Origin: an uncultured bacterium
GTDB taxonomy: Bacteria; Verrucomicrobiota; Verrucomicrobiia; Verrucomicrobiales; DEV007
Length of the DNA stretch: 64,000 bases
Assembly: GCA_963977015.1 (NCBI GenBank)
Contig: CAXBMO010000001.1
Coordinates: 192,001-256,000 of the forward strand
Direction of reading: 5' to 3'
In this document: positions 48,760 to 57,535 of the stretch, piece by piece
How positions within the stretch are numbered: position 1 is the first letter of the stretch
Layout: every line of letters starts with the position of its first letter
Notes under the pieces: generated by a model
Databases searched by the model: none
What the model saw: the letters and a program-made list of their open reading frames with translations, nothing else
What the model was told of the DNA's origin: nothing
Made by a program: the position numbers and the translations under genes

Positions 48760-50664
48760 TCACTTCGCGACCGGAGTGTCGGCTCCGGAGACGGGAGTCA
48801 GATCTTCCGGCGGTGCGATCGCATCACGAACCGGGCTCTCAGTGCCCAAATAGAGATTTCCGTCCTCGTTTTCGACCGTGAGGGGCTCCGATGGTGAAGC
48901 GCTGAAATTGGCAAGGCCAACGGAAGAAAGGAAGGCAACCAGGCCCAATGTGGCGGTCGTGCCCAGGGCAACCCGTTGCATGGGGAGTAGCGCGGTGTCC
49001 CACCACGCCGCCATGTCCCGGGGGGCATGCGACATCGGTGCGGGTTTGGAGTTCGGCCTCGTCAAACTGCGTTGAAGCTCTGCGAGCAGAGTTGCCCGGA
49101 CAAAGCTCGAAGTTCGGTGACCATAAGTGGACGCTCGTCGAATCGCGTGGGTGACCGCATCGAGGGCAAGCTCCCGACGGCTAAGGAGTCGACCTGCGAG
49201 TTCTGCGAATCCAACTTCCTGGGTAACGCCGACGATCTTGCGAATCAATCGGATCTTGGCATCCGCGCCATAAGTGGCGGGATCATTGGTGTGGAGAAAT
49301 TGCGTTGGAAGGATCCGGAGCTTCACCTCAAAGCTGGAGGAGTCTTCGAGCCACTCGAGATTTGACGGGTCGATGCGTCTTTTCTCTGACGCCACCAAGT
49401 AGATCGATGTTGGATCGATTGCCGGTATCTTGTAACCCTTGCGATCTATTTGGCGCAGCGCGCTATCGACTTTGCGGAGAATATCCAGAGCGATGCTGAC
49501 GCGGAGTCCAACTTTTGAAAGCATGAGAACCCGGGCCAGGTTGAGTCCATTTGGGCTGGATTCAGCGAAAACGGTACAGTCTTTAGATTTCCAGCTGTTG
49601 TGAATGGGGAGGATCGGGAGATTTGGATCCGGAGATCGCTTCCACCGTTCCGCCTGAAGACAAAGCTGGCGCATTTGTCGGTCGACAGATTTCCGGGGAG
49701 GCAGGACGTGGAGCAGAACCGGACGATTTGCGATCTCATCGATCGCAGGAAGGATCGTCGGTTGTCTGGCATCCCGGCCAGCGGCGCTAATGCAGTATTG
49801 TGCCGGAAATTCTCGTTCGGCCGGAAGCCAATCGAGGCATCGTCGCCGAGAGGGAAGGCTGTTCAGCCGGCGAAGAAACGAAACGGGGAACGAATGATCG
49901 CCAATTTGGTCTTCGCAGTGTTCGAGGAGAATTCGGATATGCCGCCGGTCAAAAACGCGAAACTCAATGTCCTCATGAAAGAGAAGGTCGAGAAATTCCT
50001 GAATCTGAGGTCGGTCGCGAAGTTGGGGGACGTCATCCAGATTGCGTTTTGTGAGATTGAAGTAGGATTCCCATTCACCTGTCGCCATGTAGAACCACAA
50101 GACGGAGAGTGAGCGCAGCCAGTAGACCCAAAGAGTGGTTTCCTGTTCTTGCGTGACCTGGAATTCGCAAGTCGCGCAAGCAATTGAGATTTGTTCGGAT
50201 TCATTTTGCCAGACGTAGAGCAAACGTGGATCGAGAGTCAGCCCAATGCCGTCTTGGTCATACACTCGTTCGCACAGATCAAGCAGCTGAAGAGCAAGTT
50301 CACACCAAACTGAATCGGCGAAGCCATTGGTTTCCTTGACGAGACGATCGAGGCTGTGACCAGGGAGAGTTTCGAAGACTCCGGTTGCCCGTTCTCCATG
50401 AGTTTGAAAGTCCAACAACGTGGCAAGCCCTGGAATGGGCTGGTTCTGTAGATTGCGTGCCAGATGATTGAGACGCGACTCCTTGTCTGCTCCAATCTTC
50501 ACGTCGGCAGAGGTGAGGTCCCTAAGCACCACGAAGCGTTGGAATTTCGCTGAGTAGTGCGTGTCGAGAGGTTCTACGGGGGCATGGCCGGAAAAGGCCT
50601 CTGAGGGGGGAGTGGTCATGAAGCGGTTTGGGAAATCCGTCGATGGGATAGGAGGCAAATCCAA
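48760..50664 (-). CDS. Membrane protein with two degenerate protein-kinase-like domains
   Basis: Two kinase-like E..G.(S/N)L..L helical segments with HRD replaced (GLTLDP; IPAIDP), and a C-terminal TM helix. Start could be Met16. Confidence 0.55.
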   Translation of the reverse strand: MDLPPIPSTDFPNRFMTTPPSEAFSGHAPVEPLDTHYSAKFQRFVVLRDLTSADVKIGADKESRLNHLARNLQNQPIPGLATLLDFQTHGERATGVFETLPGHSLDRLVKETNGFADSVWCELALQLLDLCERVYDQDGIGLTLDPRLLYVWQNESEQISIACATCEFQVTQEQETTLWVYWLRSLSVLWFYMATGEWESYFNLTKRNLDDVPQLRDRPQIQEFLDLLFHEDIEFRVFDRRHIRILLEHCEDQIGDHSFPVSFLRRLNSLPSRRRCLDWLPAEREFPAQYCISAAGRDARQPTILPAIDEIANRPVLLHVLPPRKSVDRQMRQLCLQAERWKRSPDPNLPILPIHNSWKSKDCTVFAESSPNGLNLARVLMLSKVGLRVSIALDILRKVDSALRQIDRKGYKIPAIDPTSIYLVASEKRRIDPSNLEWLEDSSSFEVKLRILPTQFLHTNDPATYGADAKIRLIRKIVGVTQEVGFAELAGRLLSRRELALDAVTHAIRRASTYGHRTSSFVRATLLAELQRSLTRPNSKPAPMSHAPRDMAAWWDTALLPMQRVALGTTATLGLVAFLSSVGLANFSASPSEPLTVENEDGNLYLGTESPVRDAIAPPEDLTPVSGADTPVAK

Positions 50665-50824
50665 GTGATCCGCCCGCCTTTAGAATCGGCGATCTCAATT
50701 GGTTTATCAAATCTGAAAATCTTTTTCCTCTTAAAGTCTTGATATTGAGAGTATTAATTTTTGCGGAAGAAATAATCCCGCTTTCGCTTTCGCCGGATTT
50801 GGACTAGTTTGTGGTAATTATAAC

Positions 50825-51220
50825 ATGAAAGCGCGCACCTCATCGTTCCAGAAGGCTCATGTCAAAGCCGAAGCGACAGCCAAATTGCTGGTCACCATCA
50901 TCGTCTGCTATTTCGGCTATCATCTCTTTGGTGAGGATCTTGTGAACGGTTTTTCCGGGGTGGTGAACCAGCAGAAGTATCTCTTTAAGGCTCAGGAAGT
51001 TCAGGAGCTTTGTGCCTCTGCGAACCGGGCGGGGTGCAATTTTGTGGAAGCCGATGGTGATGTGGAGCAGACGCTCCGAAACATTTCACAGGGCTTGGAT
51101 GTTGGAGGCAGGGGGAAAACCGCCGGGCACTTTCGCTTGGTGATGTCCGAAGAGGAGATTCGGAGCACGGAGACATTTTTGGAGATCGTGGAAGGGCAGT
51201 TGGTCCTCAAGAGTGATTAG
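50825..51220 (+). CDS. Hypothetical membrane-anchored protein, possibly verrucomicrobial pilin-like
   Basis: N-terminal hydrophobic helix, then AQEVQELCASANRAGCNFV...FRL..SEEEI...FLEI..GQL. Confidence 0.55.
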   Translation: MKARTSSFQKAHVKAEATAKLLVTIIVCYFGYHLFGEDLVNGFSGVVNQQKYLFKAQEVQELCASANRAGCNFVEADGDVEQTLRNISQGLDVGGRGKTAGHFRLVMSEEEIRSTETFLEIVEGQLVLKSD

Positions 51221-51332
51221 GGCGCGGTTGCTTGGGGACTCGTGAATCCGGCTTGCGCTGGGCAAAATTCACAGGCTGATTGACCGGCGCGTTTGCAACT
51301 GGTTTGCGAGCGGTCGTTCAAAACCCCAGTCT

Positions 51333-52676
51333 ATGATGAGTTCAAAATCGAAGGCTACACGCCGCAAGTTCATTCAGGGAGCCGCTGCCACAGTCGCTGC
51401 TCCAACCATTATTCCTGCCTCCGCGCTCGGCGCAGGAGACAAACCGGCTCCCAGTGAGCGAGTCGCCATGGGTTTCATTGGGATCGGAAACCGTGGTTAC
51501 GGCGTGATGAGTGCCTTCCTGAATCATGCTGATGTTCAGGGTGTGGCCGTTGCGGATTGCCACCGGAAACACTTTGGTCGAAACGCGTTCGACGAAGGGC
51601 GAATGTATGGTGCAGAGGGCGGAAAAGCCGTGGTTGATGCGAAAAATGCCAACACGGATTGTAAGGCATACTCCGATTTTCGGGAACTGTGTGCTCGTGA
51701 CGACATCGACGCCGTCATGGTCGCCTCTCCCGATCATTGGCATGCGCTCATTACCCTTGAGGCGCTTCGCAATGGTAAAGATGTCTACTGCGAAAAGCCG
51801 GTCACTCACTTTTTTGCCGAGGGACAGGCGGTTTACAAAACCGTTGCCGAGAAAGAGGCCATCTTCACGGTTGGTTCTCAGCAACGCAGTGACGCGAAAT
51901 TCCGCCATGCCGTGAACGTGGTTCGCAATGGCCTGCTTGGGAAACTGCAGCGGGTTGAGGTTGGGCTCCCTGGCGGAAAAACGGCTCCGGACGGGGATCC
52001 GACACTGAAAGAGGCGCCTGACGGATACGATTGGTGGTGCGGGCCAAGTCCGGTTTTACCGTACATGGCAGCCCGGCATCATTGGTCCTGGCGTTGGCAC
52101 ACTGCTTATGGGCGCGGTCAACTGATGGACTGGATTGGTCACCACAACGACATCGCGCATTGGGGGCTGGGCCTTGAAACGACCGGGGGCGGCGATGGTC
52201 CGATCAGCGTCGAAGCCAAGAACTGGTCCTACGAAGCGACTCCTGAAATTTACGATACGGCGGTCCATTACGATGTCGTTTCCAAATACGAAAACGATCT
52301 TGAAGTGGTGATTTCCAGTCGACAGCAAATGGGCTGCAAGTGGATCGGGGAGAATGGCTGGATTTGGGTGACTCGCGGGAGTTATGATGCTTCAAATCCG
52401 GAGTGGGTTGCCGAAGGTTTCAATCCTGGTGACGTTCAGGTTTACAAGTCACCCGGTCATCAGCGTGATTTCATCAATTCGGTCAAGTCGCGCAACGAGT
52501 CGGTGGCTCCCGCCGAGAACGCGCATCGATCAATCACCCCGGGGCATCTTGCCTACGTGTCTCACGAGCTGGGGCGTCCCGTGAGGTGGGATCCAAAAGC
52601 AGAGAAAGTGATCGGCGACGAAAGCGCTCAGGAAAAGTTGACCGAACTTCCGTATCGCGGTGATTGGAAAATTTAG
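51333..52676 (+). CDS. Tat-exported Gfo/Idh/MocA oxidoreductase
   Basis: TRRKFI, GFIGIGNRG, DAVMVASPDHWH, KDVYCEKP, VGSQQRS, DWIGHHND. Confidence 0.92.
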   Translation: MMSSKSKATRRKFIQGAAATVAAPTIIPASALGAGDKPAPSERVAMGFIGIGNRGYGVMSAFLNHADVQGVAVADCHRKHFGRNAFDEGRMYGAEGGKAVVDAKNANTDCKAYSDFRELCARDDIDAVMVASPDHWHALITLEALRNGKDVYCEKPVTHFFAEGQAVYKTVAEKEAIFTVGSQQRSDAKFRHAVNVVRNGLLGKLQRVEVGLPGGKTAPDGDPTLKEAPDGYDWWCGPSPVLPYMAARHHWSWRWHTAYGRGQLMDWIGHHNDIAHWGLGLETTGGGDGPISVEAKNWSYEATPEIYDTAVHYDVVSKYENDLEVVISSRQQMGCKWIGENGWIWVTRGSYDASNPEWVAEGFNPGDVQVYKSPGHQRDFINSVKSRNESVAPAENAHRSITPGHLAYVSHELGRPVRWDPKAEKVIGDESAQEKLTELPYRGDWKI

Positions 52677-52880
52677 GGGGCGTTTGAAAATGAGGTCGAG
52701 ACGCGCTGCGAGTGATTTTGTCGACTGGGAATGATGGCCCGGGGCGGCGATGAGCCTTCTCACAAAGCCTCGAACAGCATTTCCAGTCGGGAAAAGCGCC
52801 GCAGCTCAAGATCGCGCGAAGCCAATCTTCAAAAAAGCGGAACAACTTGGGCGTCCGTCATCATTTTCAATCGCGCAGTA
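52674..52880. mobile_element. Candidate MITE (about 207 bp) with TA-flanked terminal inverted repeats and an internal palindrome
   Basis: Both ends read TA-N5-GCG(T/A)TTGAAAATGA(G/T)G(T/A)CG(A)GACGC inward. Internal arms TTTTGTCGACTGGGAATGATG / CAGCATTTCCAGTCGGGAAAA. Confidence 0.55.
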
Positions 52881-52911
52881 GAAAACTTCGTGGCGTTCCA
52901 GAGGTGCCGAC

Positions 52912-53448
52912 TCAGTTGAGGCCACGCTGAGCGATCAATTCTTCGGCCTGTCCGAAATCGAGGTCGAGATTCCATTCCGCACGGGTAACGGAATCGGTCA
53001 GGAGTTTGCAAAACGAGTGAAGCAGTTGCTCGTTGAGGTCAAATTCCAGCCCGTTGCCGTTCTGTGGATGCATGCAGAGGATTTGGCTGCCGTGACCGCT
53101 TTCTTTCAGGGCAACCTTACTGACCAAAATCGGGTCTTCGCCGAGCGGGAAAACGTGGCTCTCCTGGTACTTGGTTTTGAAATCCGCTTTTTCGATCGCC
53201 TCTTCATGCTGCTTCACCATTTCCATCTGTTGCTTGATTGGCTCCTCTCGCTTCGCCTCTTTTGGCTGCTGCTTTTTCAGCATGTTGAGAAGTGCCGCCC
53301 AGAGAATTCGGACATAACGGCGGGTCAGCCAGAATCGAAACTCGGCGCTTTGGCGGCCTGAAGTGTTCAGTCGAAACAGAAGTCTGTCCTCTTCCGGGAC
53401 AAACGTGATTTGCATTTGGTGAAGCTGACTCATTTCCGGTCTTGTCAT
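52912..53448 (-). CDS. Conserved hypothetical protein
   Basis: LHQMQITFVPEEDRLLFRLN...FWLTRR...AEWNL pattern, downstream of tal. Confidence 0.75.
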   Translation of the reverse strand: MTRPEMSQLHQMQITFVPEEDRLLFRLNTSGRQSAEFRFWLTRRYVRILWAALLNMLKKQQPKEAKREEPIKQQMEMVKQHEEAIEKADFKTKYQESHVFPLGEDPILVSKVALKESGHGSQILCMHPQNGNGLEFDLNEQLLHSFCKLLTDSVTRAEWNLDLDFGQAEELIAQRGLN

Positions 53449-53485
53449 TCTAGCCGGAGTTGTCTGAAAGTCTAGCTTCCCAATC

Positions 53486-54439
53486 TTAGAGGGCTTCCTC
53501 GATCAGTTTTTCGAGCTTCACCATGTCTGCGGCAAATTTGCGGATCCCCTCGGCAGTTTTCTCGGTCGCCATGGCGTCGTCATTGAGAAGGTAGCGGAAG
53601 GATTTCTCGCTCACATCAATCCTTTCGATGTCGCTCGAAGCTGCTGCTTCGGCGACGAGTTTTTGAGGGACGTCGCCTTCGGTGCTTTGGAGGATTTCAA
53701 GAAGGTCCGGGCTGATCGTCAACAAGTCGCAGCCGGCCAATTCCAAAATTTGTCCGGTGTTTCGGAAGCTGGCTCCCATCACCTCGGTCTCGTAGCCAAA
53801 CTTTTTGTAGTAAGCAAAAATCTGATTCACCGACTGAACGCCGGGATCATCAGCGCCCGTGTATTCTTTGCCGGTATCTTTCTTGTACCAATCATAGATT
53901 CGACCGACGAACGGAGAAATCAGCTGGATTCCAGCTTCGGCGCAGGCAACGGCCTGGGCCAGGCTGAACATCAGGGTTAAATTGCAATGGATGCCTTCGT
54001 CCTCCAGGCGGTCCGCGGCGCGAATGCCTTCCCAGGTTGAGGCGATCTTGATCAGGATCCGATCGCGGCTAATCCCCTCAGCTTCATAGAGCTCGATGAT
54101 GCGATGGGCCTTGGTAATGGTTCCTTCCATGTCAAAGGAAAGCCGGGCATCCACCTCGGTGGAAACGCGGCCGGGAACAATGTCCAGGATCGCCTTGCCA
54201 AACAGAATGAGGAGCCGATCGATGATGGCATGAGTCAAGGCCTCACCGCTTAAACCCGAAGTTTTGATTTCGCGGATGGCTTGATCGACAAGGGGGCGGT
54301 AGGCTTCCTGTTGTGCCGCTTTGAGGATCAGCGAGGGGTTGGTCGTCGCGTCTTGCGGTGCATATTTCCGCATCGATTCAAAGTCGCCAGTGTCGGCAAC
54401 GACTGTAGTGAATTGCTTGAGTTGATCGAGTTGACTCAT
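53486..54439 (-). CDS. tal: Transaldolase
   Basis: [57 protein letters not shown]. Confidence 0.97.
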   Translation of the reverse strand: MSQLDQLKQFTTVVADTGDFESMRKYAPQDATTNPSLILKAAQQEAYRPLVDQAIREIKTSGLSGEALTHAIIDRLLILFGKAILDIVPGRVSTEVDARLSFDMEGTITKAHRIIELYEAEGISRDRILIKIASTWEGIRAADRLEDEGIHCNLTLMFSLAQAVACAEAGIQLISPFVGRIYDWYKKDTGKEYTGADDPGVQSVNQIFAYYKKFGYETEVMGASFRNTGQILELAGCDLLTISPDLLEILQSTEGDVPQKLVAEAAASSDIERIDVSEKSFRYLLNDDAMATEKTAEGIRKFAADMVKLEKLIEEAL

Positions 54440-54497
54440 GTTAGAATGATAGAAGGAGGAAAAGGCGAAAACAACCGGCAAGTTCGCGAAGCTTGCG

Positions 54498-55418
54498 TCA
54501 CATGCCGTGACGCAAAAGAATGCCCATGCCGGTTCCGGGATAGTAGAAATTCACGATCGCGGCGACGAGGAAAAAGTCGACGATGAGGTGGACGATCAAA
54601 ACCCAGAGAAGGCTTTCGGATTTCTCGAACATGCTTCCCTGCGTCCAGGCGAAAATCGCAACAATCACCACGCCCGCACCGGTAAACGCCATGTCGAAAA
54701 GGACCGAGGTGTAGACCACTGCCTGGAGCGCGTTGGATACCCGGTAACTGAAGAGGCTGCGTAACGTCGCGTAAACCACGTTGACGAAGAACAGCTCATC
54801 CCAAATTCCCACCATGTTGATCCCGACAAAGAGCCGTCGAATCTGGATCGGATCCATCTCCGGTGGCATCGTCCAGTGGGAAAAAAGCTGGTCGTTGAAC
54901 AGGGCCAGATTGGCCCAGCCGTAGAACTTGAGCACAAGCCACGCCAATGGAATGGACAGGATCGTGTAAATCACGTCGATCTTGCGGAAATTACCCGGCC
55001 AGAAGCGATACCGGATCACGCCCGGATCGGTTCGGGCCATGATGATCGCGGGAAGGAACGCGCAGATCCCAAACGGGATACCCAGTCGAAAAAAGTTTGC
55101 GTCAGAGAGCGAGGTTTGGATGTCGCAGAATGCGAGCAAGGCGATGCAACCGAGCAGAATCCCCATGCGGCGGCGCAGCTTGGTCGAGGAATCCCGGAGC
55201 ACGAGAATCACGCAGCTTAGCCAAACCGCGAACCCGAGGACGTGCGAGATTTTTGAAGCCACGCCGGATGTTTCGCCCGCAACGGGGATCCAGATCACCG
55301 TCGCCGCAGCAAAGGTGGCCAGGGTCGCAATCCGCGACTTCGTGAGTTCGAGAGGAGGAGGCGAACTTGGTGAAGGGTTATCCACGCGGCAAGCTGCCGA
55401 TTCGAGGCGCTTCGTCAA
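54498..55418 (-). CDS. CPBP (type II CAAX/Abi) family intramembrane protein
   Basis: Multiple TMs, [15 protein letters not shown]. Start uncertain. Confidence 0.7.
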   Translation of the reverse strand: MTKRLESAACRVDNPSPSSPPPLELTKSRIATLATFAAATVIWIPVAGETSGVASKISHVLGFAVWLSCVILVLRDSSTKLRRRMGILLGCIALLAFCDIQTSLSDANFFRLGIPFGICAFLPAIIMARTDPGVIRYRFWPGNFRKIDVIYTILSIPLAWLVLKFYGWANLALFNDQLFSHWTMPPEMDPIQIRRLFVGINMVGIWDELFFVNVVYATLRSLFSYRVSNALQAVVYTSVLFDMAFTGAGVVIVAIFAWTQGSMFEKSESLLWVLIVHLIVDFFLVAAIVNFYYPGTGMGILLRHGM

Positions 55419-55568
55419 TCAGTCAATCTGCGCCAAGGGCGTGGACGCCGGTAAATCCCGGGATTGCGTAGTCAGCGCATCGCCAATCCAAAGCAGCGCG
55501 GCACAGGCGACCATGCGAAGGGCAAGGCCTGCCAGCCGGATTTGGAAATGATAGGGCTTCGGCTCCAT
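55419..55568 (-). CDS. Putative 49-aa single-TM small protein
   Basis: MEPKPYHFQIRLAGLALRMVACAALLWIGDALTTQSRDLPASTPLAQID. Abuts the CPBP ORF; AT-rich upstream region. Confidence 0.4.
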   Translation of the reverse strand: MEPKPYHFQIRLAGLALRMVACAALLWIGDALTTQSRDLPASTPLAQID

Positions 55569-55736
55569 GATGGAAATGAACGCTGGTTGAGGGATTTATC
55601 AACCTTTGTTCTTATATTTTCTATAATTATCAAATTTGACCAACGGCGGGGTTTTCGCTTTCTTTGATCGTGTCGTTGTCAAACCATCAACGGATCTGAA
55701 TCATTTCGAGCTGCTTCCGCCCAACCTTGACCTGAA

Positions 55737-56303
55737 TTGACGACGAAATGCCTCCATTCCCTCCTCCTGTTTGTGATCCCGATCATGGCGTCTTCCTGCG
55801 CGGTTGTTCCCGGACAGGCGAATCTCGCGAAGAGCGAGGCCAGGCAATCGGCCAGCCATTATTTCAATGAGGGGCGTGAGATAAGTTTGGAAGGAAGCCA
55901 CCTGCTCTTTGTTCCCAAGATGAATCCGCTGTGGTGGCTGGGAAACGCGGATCGCGATTACGACGAAACGTGGAAGCCGGAGAAGTCCCATGAATGGCGC
56001 AAATTCACCTTTGCACTCCGCAATCCCGGCCACAATTTCACGCATTATGTCATCGGTGTCTCGGATCGGGATATCCATCGGGTCGGAATCGCCGCCGAGC
56101 ATGTTTGGAATCCGGATGGGGGGCTGAATTTAGCAGTTACAAACAGTGGGCCGCTCATCCATCTACCGTTCGTGAGCAACAAGGGCCCATTCTTCGAAGG
56201 TTATTTGGGTTGGCGACAGGACGGAAATTTCGGGGCTGCGTTCCGAAAATCGGATCGTCGGAAGGAGTCGAAATCAGAGACCGGCGAGGAACCTATTCGT
56301 TGA
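55737..56303 (+). CDS. Hypothetical lipoprotein
   Basis: Lipobox-like ASSC, NPLWWLGNAD, RNPGHNFTHYVIG, YLGWR..GNFG. Confidence 0.7.
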   Translation: MTTKCLHSLLLFVIPIMASSCAVVPGQANLAKSEARQSASHYFNEGREISLEGSHLLFVPKMNPLWWLGNADRDYDETWKPEKSHEWRKFTFALRNPGHNFTHYVIGVSDRDIHRVGIAAEHVWNPDGGLNLAVTNSGPLIHLPFVSNKGPFFEGYLGWRQDGNFGAAFRKSDRRKESKSETGEEPIR

Positions 56304-57393
56304 CGCTGAAGCGATGAATCGTCGTTTGGCGGTAGATCTCGCCAGGTCTCAGGAGGGATGACGGGAAATTCGCCTGGTTTGGCGAGTCCGGAAAGTGCTG
56401 ACATTCGAGGCAAATCGCGTGATGCCGGTCGTAGGATTTCCCATCAGCGCCGAGTTTGGGGTTGAGATAGTTCGCCGTGTAAAGCTGAACGCCGGGAGTC
56501 GTCGTCAGCACCTCCATTACACGTCCGGATTGGGGATCTTCGACCTTCGCGACGCTCCTCGGCTTTTCGGTCACGAGATCGGGGAAGGCGTAACAGTGAT
56601 CATAACCGCCGCCATCAACCTCTTTGATCCTCGCTCCAACGGTCGTTGGCGTCCGAAAATCAAAGGGCGTGCCCTCGATCGGAAGGAAGTCGCCGGTGGG
56701 GATTTTCCGTGAGTCGATCGCGAGAATCGCGTCTGCATTGATCTGGAGCAGGTGATCCAAAACGGGGCCCGAAGTGGCACCGCCGAGATTCCAATAGGCA
56801 TGGTTGGTCAGGTTCACATGAGTCGGGCGGTCCGTCGTGGCTTCATAGTGCAGGATGAGTTCATTGGCGTCCGTCAATCGGTAGGTCACGCTGGCTACAA
56901 GATTCCCGGGAAATCCTTCATGGCCATCGGCGCTGGTAAGTTGAAATCGAACGCCGTTCTCAACGACTTCAGCATCCCAGAATTGCTTTTGGAAACCGGT
57001 TTTCCCGCCATGGATGTGGACCTTGGATTTGGCGTTGAAGGTTTCGAGGTCATAACGGGTTCCGTCGATCGTGAACCCTCCGGTATCGATTCGGTTCGCA
57101 AAACGCCCGACAACGGAGCCGAACAGCGGATGGCTGCCGAGGTAGGCCGCCGGATCCTCGAGATAGAGCGTAACATTCGCAAACGTTCCGTCGCGATCGG
57201 GGGTATACATGCCGGTTAGTGTCGCCCCGTAGTCGAGGATGGTTGCCTTGAGGCCGGTCGCATTCGTCAGGGTGAACTCCTTGAGTTCGTGATCGTCGTC
57301 AAGTTGAAGGGTTTGAGACGTGACCGTCGTTGATTGGGCGTGGAGCTGCCCAAGCGCAGCGAGCGATACCAAGGCGAGAAGGGGGCGAATCAT
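56293..57393 (-). CDS. galM: Aldose 1-epimerase (mutarotase), secreted
   Basis: GRFANRI, HIHGG, GFPG, NLTNHAYWNL, GYDH, PGVQLYT, CLECQHFPDSPN. Confidence 0.92.
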   Translation of the reverse strand: MIRPLLALVSLAALGQLHAQSTTVTSQTLQLDDDHELKEFTLTNATGLKATILDYGATLTGMYTPDRDGTFANVTLYLEDPAAYLGSHPLFGSVVGRFANRIDTGGFTIDGTRYDLETFNAKSKVHIHGGKTGFQKQFWDAEVVENGVRFQLTSADGHEGFPGNLVASVTYRLTDANELILHYEATTDRPTHVNLTNHAYWNLGGATSGPVLDHLLQINADAILAIDSRKIPTGDFLPIEGTPFDFRTPTTVGARIKEVDGGGYDHCYAFPDLVTEKPRSVAKVEDPQSGRVMEVLTTTPGVQLYTANYLNPKLGADGKSYDRHHAICLECQHFPDSPNQANFPSSLLRPGEIYRQTTIHRFSVNE

Positions 57394-57535
57394 CCCATTC
57401 CTTCCTCTGCGGCGATTCGCCCGTCAAGTCTGGTCAAATGGCTGGTTAGCTAGCCTCGCCCAAATGAAGGTTGAGTGCAGGGCGAATCGCGGCTTCAGTC
57501 CAAGCTTTCTCGCATTCTGTTATCGGTTCCTTCCC

